Assembly (NCBI GenBank): GCA_051530055.1
Contig: CM121343.1
Location: forward strand, 6,480,389-6,544,388
DNA length: 64,000 bases
DNA from: Neoechinorhynchus agilis
Taxonomy: Eukaryota > Animalia > Acanthocephala
Reading direction: 5' to 3'
Under the pieces are notes generated by a model, which saw only the letters and a program-made list of their open reading frames with translations, was not told the DNA's origin and searched no databases. Each line of letters starts with the position of its first letter. Position 1 is the first letter of the stretch. Of this stretch, positions 12,101 through 23,256 are shown in pieces. Made by a program: the position numbers and the translations under genes.

Positions 12101-12856
12101 TAATCGTCATGCTCTGAGTAAACAAGACGCATAGTACATGAGCATAACTAAAGAAGAAGAACGATTACACTCACATATAAAAAAGAAACATGAAAAGCCG
12201 TAGACATTTACCGATTAGTATTGGTTCGTTTATATACTCCTTTGCACCGCTGAGGGCAGTATTCGCAATGAGGTGAGTGATTTCCATCTTGGCATGGATC
12301 GCAGGTCCAACCATTTGATAGCTGTCTAAGGTTACACTCTCCAATGCCGTAACAAACTAAATTTAAAGGTTTTGAAGATAAAATCCATGAGTATGTGGCG
12401 GTATCAAAGACTGACTTTAATTGATGAAATATTTCGTCCAGCCACATTGGACGTCTTCAGTCGGCTAAGTCCAGTGCGATTGGACGAAATATTTCATCAA
12501 TTAAAGTCATTCTTTGATATATATTTTTTATCCACATAAAATTAAAGGTAACAAATGAAGAAATTATAATCACCTCTATGAACATTTACTTTGCATCTTG
12601 TGCAAATGAGAAGAGGGTGATCCAAAGAAGTCTTAGGTCTAAGGCACACTCCGCATAATGGCTCTGATGATTCACTTTCGTCTTTAGGTATCATTTGCGT
12701 TGATTTACTACATCCACTTTGGTCCTCCTCCTCTTCCATGGAAGAGCTATCTGACGATTTGCTTGATTCGTCTTCATCGGAGGAATCAATGTTGAACTTT
12801 TTTCGTCTTGCTGCATCTAAACGTTTACTGGTTCGTCGACGAGGAAATTGTGGCAT
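9173..12856 (-). CDS. PHF14: PHF14-like PHD/ePHD (PZP) plus coiled-coil plus PHD protein
   Basis: Exons 12856-12574, 12356-~12211, ~12152-11847, 10091-~9620 and ~9583-9173 join through GT-AG introns. They give NVHR|VCYGI, R|YAHVLC, GPHNE|DQEPESFCERH and a C-terminal PHD (CESC..CTRCGKLYHKHCLDPP..WICKDC). Confidence 0.75.
11322..11474. repeat. Palindromic MITE-like element with ~53-bp arms
   Basis: ttgttgtgtttagggagtcgcttataaaaacaacacccgagaggaatcgcgtt pairs with 11422-11474 with few mismatches. Confidence 0.9.
11535..11805. repeat. Nested foldback element with a perfect 47-bp inner inverted repeat
   Basis: Inner arms 11609-11655 and 11690-11736 are perfect. Outer arms are ggccgaatggacacccg / cgggtgtccattcggc. 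A degenerate one-armed relative lies at ~10735-10820. Confidence 0.9.
12413..12508 (-). ncRNA. Intronic palindrome carrying a Penelope-type minimal hammerhead-like motif
   Basis: Perfect 28-bp arms. The minus strand reads ga-CTGAAGA-C-GTCCA-atgtggc-TGGAC-GAA-ATAT-T-tc. Stem I is only 2 bp. Confidence 0.55.
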
Positions 12857-13062
12857 CTTCTGAAAATGAGAACTCTGCGTGATTGAAAATAAAAAATAAT
12901 TAAAGAAGAGTTGCCTTAAACCTGGTCCAAAATTAAGGGGAAATTTTTTGGTAAAGGTTCGACTTAATGGGGTTTGGGACGTTTAAGGACAGAATTATAC
13001 CCAGATCGCCATGCAAAATGAAAACAAGTTCGTAATTTTCGACACCGCGACTACCACAAGAC

Positions 13063-14394
13063 TCACGCTGCCTTATCCTCTGGCACTGGCGAATCATCAT
13101 TGCTAGCGATTCCCTTGAACATTTTGGCATACATAATCTTTAGCTTTTTATCCGATTCCACAAGGAGCTGCTGTGTCTCCTTAATCTTGTATGCCACTAA
13201 AGAGTTGTTTGGATTCAAGGCAAGAATTGATTTATAGTCCTGGATTGCCGAGTCGAACTCAGTTAATTGCATATAGGCCTCGGCGCGTCTGAACAAAGCC
13301 TTTACGTTTGATTCATCCATTTTAAGTACTTCATCGCAATACTTGATTGCTTCTCGGAATTCCTTGAGTCTTATATGACAAATCGCTTTATTGAGTCTAG
13401 TAGATATAAAAAGTTGCTTCACATTTTCGTCAACGTTCGATGCAAGTTCCAAAACAGTGATTCAAATATCGAGATACGATTTTCCTTGGTATTAGAATCA
13501 CTGATGTTCGTCCTCGTCAGCATAGAAATCCAATGCTTTGGTATATTTCCTTAAAGCCATTTTATACAAATTACGACGGTAATAAGTATTTCCTGCTTCC
13601 TTGGCATTTGTAGCCGCCTCGAGTTTTTCCTTTTGATTCTGGTACTCCCATGTTCCTTTTGGTTTTGTGAAAGATACGAGAGTTAACTCATATTTTACAA
13701 GTCCACGATTTATCAGATTAGGAGAAAACATTTCCATGTAATCGGGATGTTCACTCACATCGAATTGAATTATGGCACGTTCACCGGAAACCATTTTAAG
13801 CAACGCTATATGAATTCCAAGCGGTATATTTGCTTCGGATCCTCCATCAAAATCTAAAAGTTTAAATTCAGGAAGAGTACTCATCCGCATATCGATTATT
13901 TCCTTATCAAAAGTAGCTTTGACGTCCTTAATAACCACCATCGCATCTTCTTCAGGATTTTGAGTGTTAACCGCACCTTCGTTGATGATCCGCTTAGTGA
14001 TTGAACCATCCGAATCTTCACTAACGTCAATCCCATGGCATTTTAGCAACTTTACTTCAAAAATTAAAGTAGAATTAGGAGGAATGCTGCCTTTATCTTC
14101 TTCTCCGTATCCATAATCAGGTTTCACCTTAAACAATGATTTCTCACCAACCAACATTGTAGGAATCCCAATTTCCCATCCTTTGATTACCGATGATTTC
14201 CCAAGATCAAACTCAAACGGTTTCCCACCGACTGAACTATCAAACTGCTCTCCGTTCTCCAAAGTACCACTGTAATGAACGATGACGTGATCGCCAGGAT
14301 AAACCTTATCACTCTCATCGCCATCCTCCAAGACCTTCTTAAGAACTCCTCCATCGCCTTCAGACGTAATATCAAGCCACGACGAAGCTGACAT
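13063..14394 (-). CDS. FKBP4: FKBP52/59-type immunophilin (2 FKBP domains + TPR)
   Basis: VIVHYSGTLENGEQFDSS..VIKGWEIGIPTMLVGEK..YGYG, a second FKBP-like domain, then TPR LNKAICHIRL..NVKALFRRAEAY..YAKMF. Probable start is MSASSW at 14394. One atypical intron lies at 13463-13501. Confidence 0.93.
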
Positions 14395-14649
14395 GTTCGC
14401 GAATGGACGAAGGCGAAAAGCAACCACAAATCACATCGCAAAACATCGAAAAGAATTCCGGGTGATGACGCATTGCGCGGCACTTTGAATTTAGACTTTT
14501 TGGGATTCAAAAATTATCCGGTTTCATCTGTAACGAAACCTTTACAACCTCGCGGATTTGTATTCCAGCCCCATTCCAGCCTCCCATTGGCCCAAATCTT
14601 CACAATAAAATTCTATAATTACCAATAATCTATCGATCGCCTTGACTGA

Positions 14650-15350
14650 ATCTTCAACGTGTGGGATATCGAATCGAAAATATCGACTATAGTGAAATTC
14701 TAGATAACGATTGAACCGAATAAATTCACAAATCTCGCTGCCGAGTAATGATTTTTTAAAGTGACCAAAAAAACCCAATCTTTTTTAACGAACAAATCTT
14801 TGCGTTGACTAAATCATTAGTTTAATTTATCATCGTTCAATTTTTCGGTATTTTTCGCGAGGAAGGGGGACGTAAGCCACCCGATCCGTAGAATTCAAAT
14901 AAAACCTTTTTATGGCGACTTCTTTGCCAATTTAAAGTTTTCTATCCGGAAAAGGGATTGCGATCGGCACAAATCTTTCATTCCGAAGGATTTTCTCCAG
15001 ATGATTAACTTTATCTAAATCTTCAACGTGTGGGATATCGACTATAGTGAAATTCTCGATAGCGATTGAACCGAATAAATTCACAAATCTCGCTTCCGAG
15101 TAATGATTTTTAAAGTGACCGAAAAAACCCGATCCTTTTTAACGAACAAATCTTTGCGTTGACTAAATCATTAGTTTAATTTATCATCGTTCAATTTTTC
15201 GGTATTTTTCGCGAGAAAGGGGGACGCAATCCACCCGATCCGTACAATTCAAATAAAACCTTTTTATGGCGACTTTGCCAATTTAAAGTTTTATACCCGG
15301 AAAAGGGATTGCGATCAGCACAAATCTATCATACCGAAGGATTTTCTCTG
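14650..15350. repeat. Direct duplication of a ~350-bp segment
   Basis: aatcttcaacgtgtgggatatcga...ccgaaggattttctc occurs at ~14650-15000 and ~15018-15350. Confidence 0.9.
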
Positions 15351-16249
15351 GATATTTATTGAGTATTACCCGCTTTCCGTGAAGATATTTCCTAAACTAA
15401 CGACTCCAAATCACAAAGCGCGGGTCTTATGAAATCTTTTAGATTCGTTAAAACCCGTTGTGAAAAAAGTTCGATTTTAGTAGCCATTTCCATTATCCTT
15501 CATTGCCTCCAGAATGTAGCATTCCTTTCTGAATCGCTGATTTTCTAATAAAAATCGTTTTCCAACCTTGGTTAACAATTCAGGAGCGAGAGGTTGGAAA
15601 ACGCAAAACGATGCTTTAAACAAAAATTCAGCAGATCAGAAATACCCAATGAACAATATCGTAAAATTAGAAGAATAGTACGATTAATGAAAGGTTAAAA
15701 CTTATCGATCAAGCAAGATTTGGTGATTTCGTGAACCCTATGATAGTGGGACGTAGCGACCATGTCGGATTTTCTTCGATCTAAAGACGAAATAGAATGT
15801 TTTCTTTAATTTCACATGTAGTCATGGAAAAGAATAAATGGCACCCGGCTACCAATTGTTAAAACTGAAGCGAGTTACGTGATTGCCAATCGCAAAAGTC
15901 AATATCACCGAACAGAGAACTTGTTGGATATAGTTTTCGGTGGCGCAAGTTGATTCAAATGATATTTTAAAAAGGCGTTTGCAAACTTAGTTCATTAATT
16001 TCTCAGATTGAACTACGAACACATATTCAGATTTTTTGAACTTATGATATTATAAAGGAAATTTGACGGAATTTTTCACAGATTTCGCAACAGAAACCGA
16101 TATCATCGAGAAGAGCTTAAAATTCAGAACAAATATGGGGAAAATGAAGGAATTTGTTGAATCCGATATTTAGGCGTACAATCTTGTACGTGTTTATCAA
16201 GGTTTGAAAAATGTTTTATCCGCGCTTGAACGTACCCGTTCAATCCATA

Positions 16250-16440
16250 ACAAATAAACAAAGTTTTTAATGGATATATTTTGTTTTTAGATTGTTTTTA
16301 AACTCAAGGGTGGTAAAATTTACAAACAACAAAAAGACCGACGTGACGTACGAAATATTTAATTAATAAAATTAATATTTATCTAGCCAATCACAAAACA
16401 AAATAAATAAACAAAGTTTTTAATGGAAATATTTCGATAA
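16250..16440. repeat. AT-rich ~165-bp repeat with a CCAAT box flanking the CRE pair (other copies 19190-19480)
   Basis: atggatatatttt...cgtacgaaatatttaattaat...ctagccaatcacaaaacaaaataaat occurs in the same orientation on both sides of the retrotransposons. Confidence 0.85.
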
Positions 16441-16459
16441 TATGTTTATTTCTTATATT

Positions 16460-17145
16460 ACACCGTAAATTGCAAATCAAATCGTTGTCGTTTAATATCT
16501 TCACCTCCCGCCAAATTCCAGCTTTTGTCCTTGCTCGACCGTAGCCATCACGCTGGCAGCATTGCCTCGTTGTACTGCCAGCGAGATATTTTGTAGAAGG
16601 AATACGCCTGTTCTTGAGTCACCGGTTGCCTCTCTCAATTTCTTCGAGAGATCCTGGAGCAGAGAGAGTGCCGAGCTGCCGAGCGCTCCATACGTCTCTA
16701 CCCCAAAGGGGACAAAATAGTGAGCCCTCGATAACTGAATATATTTCCGTATTTTCCTCCCTTCCGCTGCACTGGCGGCACCACCGGCGATTTCGAGGGA
16801 GTAACGGATGTTGCTGGTTGCGAGGGTGTCCACACACGTGGCGTCCCAGAGAAGGCATTTTCCCTCCCGCCACGGGAAGACCGAAATTCCATCGGGCCTA
16901 CGGCCGTCTAGTCGACAAAGGTGGGCGGGTTCCAGGATGTTCGGGAAGTTCACCGTTCTCAACGCCCGAGAAATTACGCTGTTGATCTCAGAATGGCGTG
17001 AGAACCTTGCTCCTAACATTCGGCAAACGAAACCGGGTCGCCTGAAAGCGACCAAGTTTTAAGGATACTGCGATCCTCGTTACCTCATTAATAAGAAGAG
17101 TTCCCAATGATGCCAGAGGAACAGCCTCCAACCACCTTACAAGCA
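16460..17145 (-). mobile_element. CRE-clade non-LTR retrotransposon, 3' fragment (REL endonuclease)
   Basis: RFSRHSEIN..RRPDGISVFPWREGKCLLWDATCVDT..FVPFGVETYG (PD-D/ExK REL domain). The zinc knuckle is partly deleted. It shares a ~40-nt 3'UTR with the plus-strand copy. Confidence 0.88.
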
Positions 17146-17199
17146 ATGTATTTCGATAATACACACGAAGAATTTTTTAGCCTGTAAGTATCCGAATTT

Positions 17200-19185
17200 A
17201 ACAATTGAATTGACCAAAAACGAAAGGACCTATTTTTCGGAGCCTCATTGTGCGCGCTCACAAAAAAAGAAGGTGGGATTCGTCCCATCGCCGTATCTTC
17301 GGCGATACGCCGACTTGCAGGAAAAATTTTCTGCAAACGTATTACAGAGAAAACCGGACAGCAACTTCGCCCAGTCCAACTGGGCTGCTGCACACCCTGC
17401 GGGGCGGAAGCTATTGTCCACTCGCTCCGAAACTTTGCTACGAGAAGCTCAGAGCCGTGCGTGATTCTTAAGTGTGATTTTCGGAACGCCTTTAACTCTC
17501 TCAATAGAAAAACCATGTTCCGCGCAATTAGGGATCATGCCCCAGAAGCCTTCCAGTATTTTCTCAATGCCTACCGGACGGCGACTCCTTTGCTTTTCGA
17601 AGACCACCTCATTTGGTCCGAAATCGCACTCTCCCTAACAGTAAATCCAATAGCGCATTCTCTCCATTCCAGCTTCAACGCTTGGTACTTGGATGACGCT
17701 ACGCTCGGAGGTGATCCATCCGTTGTACTGCGCGATTTGGAGACGCTGATTAGGGAGACCTCGAAGATGGGCATTGAGCTCAATGCTGGAAAATGTGAGC
17801 TCCTTGTATTGAATATTGGAGACGCCGCCAAAGTCAAAGAACTAATGGCTGGGTACGAGGCCGTAGCTCCAGGTCTGAAACTCGTGACTCGGGAGAAACT
17901 CAGCCTCCTAGGCAGTTGCGTATTCTATTCAAATGTGGAAGATGAGATCGGCCATATCATACCGAAACTCTCGTTGCTGTGCGATATGGTGAGCGCTCTT
18001 TCGGCTCATGAAGCCTTGTTTCTCATAAAGAACGCGCTCTTCATCCCCAAATTATTGTACAAGGTTCGCACAGCAACATTTTTCAAACACAAAAAAGGAT
18101 TGGCAAAGCTGGACGATAAGGTGAGGGCTTGCCTCGAGCGTATTTTAAATCTCCAGCTATCAGATGAGGCGTGGCGACAAGCTTCTTTGCCTGTGTCATC
18201 TGGGGGATTGGGAATTCGGGCACTAGTGGACCTTGCCAGCCTTTCTTGGATCGTATGAGGGGAATCAGCCGATAGCGAAGATAATTCTGAGGGGAAAGCT
18301 TTGTCTTGACCAAGACTTTGTGGTGGTAATTGACGAATGGTGCCAGCAGACAGGCGCTAACCATGTTCCCGTGAATGGCCTGTCGCGAGAGCTCACAGCT
18401 CTCTACTTTCAGGTTCTCGCGATGGGGTCGTCCGAGCAAGACTGTTGGCAGTTTCAACACGAGAATCTGGGGCGTGGTTGGAGGCTGTTCCTCTGGCATC
18501 AGTGGGAACTCTTCTTACTAATGAGGTAACGAGGGTCGCAGTATCCTTAAGATTTGGTCTCCCGATATGCACGCCCCATCGCTGTCGATGTGGGTCTTCG
18601 GTTGATGCTTTCGGGCGACACGGTCTCGTCTGCAGAAGGTCAGCAGGAAGGTTCTCACGCCATTCTGAAATCAATAAAGCAATTTCTCGGGCGTTGAAAA
18701 CGGCGAACTTCCCGAACATCCTGGAACCCGCCCACCTTTGTCGACTAGACGGCCGTAGGCCCGATGGAATTTCGGTCTTCCCGTGGCGGGAGGGCGAGTG
18801 CCTTCTCTGGGATGCCACGTGTGTGGGCACCCTCGCAGTAAGCAACATTCCCTACTCTCTCGAAATCGCTGGAGTTGCAGCCAGTGCAGAGGAAGGTACG
18901 AAAATATAGGGATTTAGCAAGCGCCCACTATTTTGTCCCCTTTGGGGTAGAGACGTATGGAGCGCTCGGCAACTCGGCACTCTCTCTGCTCCAGGATCTC
19001 TCGAAGAAATTGAAAGAGACAACCGGAGACTCGAGAGCAGGCGTATTCCTTCTACAAAATATCTCGCTGGCAGTACAACGAGGCAATGCTGCCAGCGTGA
19101 TGACGACGTTCGAGGAAGGACAAAAGCTGGCATTTGGCGGGAGGTGAAGATATTAAACGACAACGATTTGATTTGCAATTTACAG
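17200..19185 (+). mobile_element. CRE-clade non-LTR retrotransposon, 5'-truncated and disabled (RT + Zn knuckle + REL)
   Basis: FFGASL..GGIRPIAV, KCDFRNAFNS, WYLDD, GGLGIR, CRCG..HGLVC..RH and RPDG..WDATC. The QGDPL block is deleted, and there are frameshifts near 18240 and 18900. Confidence 0.9.
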
Positions 19186-19587
19186 TGAAGATGGATATAT
19201 TTTGTTTCTAGATTGTTTTTAAACTCAATTGTGGTAAAATTTACAAACAACATAAAGTCCGACGAGACGTACGAAATATTTAATTAATAAAATTAATATT
19301 TATCTAGCCAATCACAAAACAAAATAAATAAACAAAGTTTTTAATGGATATATTTCGCTTTTAAGTTTTTTTAAATTTAATTGCAATAAAATTTACAAAC
19401 AACATAAAGTCCGACGAGACGTACGAAATATTTAATTAATATAATTAATATTTATCTAGCCAATCACAAAACAAAATAAAGGAAGTCCATCTTCGTCCGT
19501 AAATAACGTCAATGTTGTAATTTTCTTAGGAAAAACGGGTAAGAAGTATTTACAGTTAGCCAAAAAAAATTATTTAAAGCAATAAGA

Positions 19588-19925
19588 TCATTCACCCCAC
19601 CGCCCTTCTGGGTCACTTAGTTGCCGTCCTGGTGTATCGGCCAAAAGGACGGATGCAGCGTTTTTGTAGGAGGAATTCTCTTGATCTCGAATCGCCAGTG
19701 ACTCGTCTGAGTCTCTTAGACAATTGTTTGACCAGGTCCTGCGCCGCGGTACCAAACGACCCGAGCGTCTCGACGTCAAAAGGGACAAAATAATGGTTTC
19801 GACTCAGGTCCTGGCGAATTTTATGTTGCTGGCTGCGAGTGGCGTCCCAGGGAAGGTATTTTCCTTCCCTCGCCACGGGGGTCTACGGCTGCGATCGAGT
19901 CGACAAAGAATGCTCGGCTCTGTGA
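19588..19925 (-). mobile_element. Third, more decayed CRE-like REL fragment
   Basis: LPWDAT..HYFVPFDVETLGSFG..GDSRSREFLLQ. Confidence 0.75.
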
Positions 19926-20092
19926 TTAAATTGTGTTTGTTTCTATCGGAATTCCATCGATAGTTTTTATGATCATTTTAAGTGATTTTAAACACGGAAG
20001 AAATAATCCAACGCTCACAGTGGAAATCGATGGACCAATCGTAGTATTTAATGATTTTGAATGTTCTGAAATGATTCCTTTTTTGATTCTAG

Positions 20093-20640
20093 AAAGATGA
20101 CAAACGAAGAACGAGTTGGATTGTTAGTAAAAGTTCAATCGCTGGAGGTACGATCCATCGAGGTGTCCGAGTCTCTCCTAATTGTTTGTCTTTAGAATGC
20201 ATTATCAAACAGTGAGACGCGTACTCGTGAACTGGAGATGCAATTGAATCAAATGCAGCATAAAATGATTTTACTTGAGAATGAAACTAGGACAATCGGT
20301 TTGAAACTTATTTATGCTTAGTCGACAAACGGTTTATTTAGGGGATTATGTCTCGATGTACGTCAATGAACGCCAATCAATGATGAAATTGTTTGAACAG
20401 CGGCAAAAGGAGTGGAATTGCCTTAAACGACTTTTCGGGAAGGTATTACCCAAAATCAATATTCTTCGAGATGGTATTGAGAACTCAAGAAAACAAGGAA
20501 ATGATTGTTTAACCTTTGATTTACAACACACGAAACTCCTTAGAGATTTATGCAATGATTTTAAAATGATCGGACCTGCCGAGGATAATCAACAGGAAGT
20601 GTGGTGCGCTAATTGCTCCGGCTCCGTTCATATTGTTTAA
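20093..20640 (+). CDS. GOLGA2: Golgin A2/GM130-like C-terminal region (5' exons not resolved)
   Basis: Three exons joined by GT-AG introns (intron 20299-20341) give a coiled coil, RTIGDYVSMYVNERQ (GM130 TIGEY.ALY motif) and the invertebrate-type terminus WCANCSGSVHIV. Confidence 0.65.
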
Positions 20641-21820
20641 TCGGAACACGACGGTCAAGTGTACTTAAATTGGTTAATGTCATGTTGCTAAACTATGAAA
20701 TTAGAACACATATTCATTTTATTGCAAACGGAAATTATCTAAGAGGTTTAGGCGAAATATTCCAAGGAAGGCTTCGTGACACTGCCACTCGTTTTAGAGA
20801 AAGCTTCGTAAAAAAAATCCGAATACTTTGACGAATTAACAATCTATGAACAATACACTAATTCTATTGGATGTGTATTCTCAATGGCGAATTTTTACAC
20901 ACTAGAACTTTATTATTGAACTCTTCATTGCGATACTTTAAGGCCTTAGAGCCTCCTTCTCAAGCATTGTTAAAGTAGCGAGGAATAATAAAGTCGCAAA
21001 GTTATTCTTCAAAGGATAAAATAAGCCAAGCGAGTGAAATCAGATTGATCTTATTCTTGTTGCCTGTGATTCTAAAAAGCGATTTGATAATTTTCGGCCT
21101 TTGTGGAAGCCTTCTTCAGTCTATTGCTTTCGAAAAGTACTACGCGAAGGTCGAAAATTATCAAATAAATCAATTATTTGATAATTCGCTTTAAAAAAGT
21201 GAAAATGATTAACATCTTTACAATTCTAAAAAGGTGAACCTTCTTAATTCAGACGTCCAGATTAAACAGCCTCCATCCAATTATAAAACGAAAAAGCATT
21301 CACACAGTTAACCATTAATTAATCACCATCAGTTATTCCTCAAAGGATAAAATAAATCCTGTAAAAAGTTGATCCAAGCGGAAACAGTGAGCTCATTGGG
21401 AGGACCCAAAGATACATGGGTCACTTTCTTTATTAATTAAAATTATGGAAAGCCTCTTTTCCCAACACCCTCATGTTTTATTCCAGATTTATTATCGAAC
21501 GGAAAATGGGTGTTTTATTTATTTATTGCTTCAAATTTTCGACGCCTTGCGTCTTCGTCAGGAAGCTTTTCTTCGGTTATCTGAAAAGGAATCAGAGGAA
21601 GGCAACGCTGTCCGTCGTCGAAAATTTGAAGCAAGAAATAAATAAAACACCCATTTTCCGTTCGATAATAAATTGGTTAATTAACAAATAAACGTGATAT
21701 TATAACCTTTCCCAATCACAAATCCGTTGCCTTGAAATGTTTCATGGAAAAAAGCTTCTATAATTTGCGCAGTTGATTTTCCCCCGCACATCGAATATCT
21801 TTATAAGATTTTTAACAATA

Positions 21821-23256
21821 AAAACGTTTCTCAACCCTACCATCACAATTTTCACCACATTTCATTCCCCTTTTCACATGAGAACAACACTCGTAATCCC
21901 AATTCATTTCATCCTCCTCGAGCCCGCACATCTCTATAATTCCGCTATTTTCCCATTCTGTCCAATCTTCTCTCGGATATCAGAACTTGAAATGATTCTG
22001 AGGAAAAACCAACCTCACAAGCGCTCCTGCAAACAATAAACATCAATTCTGACCAGGACGGATACAAAACGTTTCTCAACCCTACCATCACAATTTTCAC
22101 CACATTTCATTCTCCTTTTCACATGAGAACAACACTCGTAATCCCAATTCATTTCATCCTCCTCGAGCCCGCACATCTCTATAATTCCGCTATTTTCCCA
22201 TTCTGTCCAATCTTCTCTCGGATATCAGAACTTGAAATGATTCTGAGGAAAAACCAACCTCACAAGCGCTCCTGCAAACAATAAACATCAATTCTGACCA
22301 GGACGGATACAAAACGTTTCTCAACCCTACCATCACAATTTTTACCACATTTCATTCTCCTTTTCACATGAGAACAACACTCGTAATCCCAATTCATTTC
22401 ATCCTCCTCGAGCCCGCACATCTCTATAATTCCGCTATTTTCCCATTCTGTCCAATCTTCTCTCGGATATCAGAACTTGAAATGATTCTGAGGAAAAACC
22501 AACCTCACAAGCGCTCCTGCAAACAATAAACATCAATTCTGACCAGGACGGATACAAAACGTTTCTCAACCCTACCATCACAATTTTCACCACATTTCAT
22601 TCTCCTTTTCACATGAGAACAACACTCGTAATCCCAATTCATTTCATCCTCCTCGAGCCCGCACATCTCTATAATTCCGCTATTTTCCCATTCTGTCCAA
22701 TCTTCTCTCGGATATCAGAACTTGAAATGATTCTGAGGAAAAACCAACCTCACAAGCGCTCCTGCAAACAATAAACATCAATTCTGACCAGGACGGATAC
22801 AAAACGTTTCTCAACCCTACCATCACAATTTTCACCACATTTCATTCTCCTTTTCACATGAGAACAACACTCGTAATCCCAATTCATTTCATCCTCCTCG
22901 AGCCCGCACATCTCTATAATTCCGCTATTTTCCCATTCTGTCCAATCTTCTCTCGGATATCAGAACTTGAAATGATTCTGAGGAAAAACCAACCTCACAA
23001 GCGCTCCTGCAAACAATAAAAATCAATTCTGACCAGGACGGATACAAAACGTTTCTCAACCCTACCATCACAATTTTCACCACATTTCATTCTCCTTTTC
23101 ACATGAGAACAACACTCGTAATCCCAATTCATTTCATCCTCCTCGAGCCCGCACATCTCTATAATTCCGCTATTTTCCCATTCTGTCCAATCTTCTCTCG
23201 GCTATCAGAACTTGAAATGATTCTGAGGAAAAACCAACCTCACAAACGCTCCTGCA
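21821..23256. repeat. 245-bp satellite, 6 copies
   Basis: aaaacgtttctcaacc at 21821, 22066, 22311, 22556, 22801 and 23046. Confidence 0.97.

Noticed and set aside
13504-13522. CTGACGAGGACGAA on the minus strand in FKBP4, resembling a hammerhead core
   Set aside because: These are Ala-Asp-Glu-Asp-Glu codons with no stem II.
16250-16440. CRE flank as a spliced-leader RNA gene (ttacc..ttgag on the minus strand)
   Set aside because: No GT donor follows the putative leader, no Sm site was seen, and the match to nematode SL1 is weak.
16614-19253. Numerous antisense and alternative-frame ORFs over the CRE copies
   Set aside because: Shadows of GC-rich retrotransposon coding sequence.
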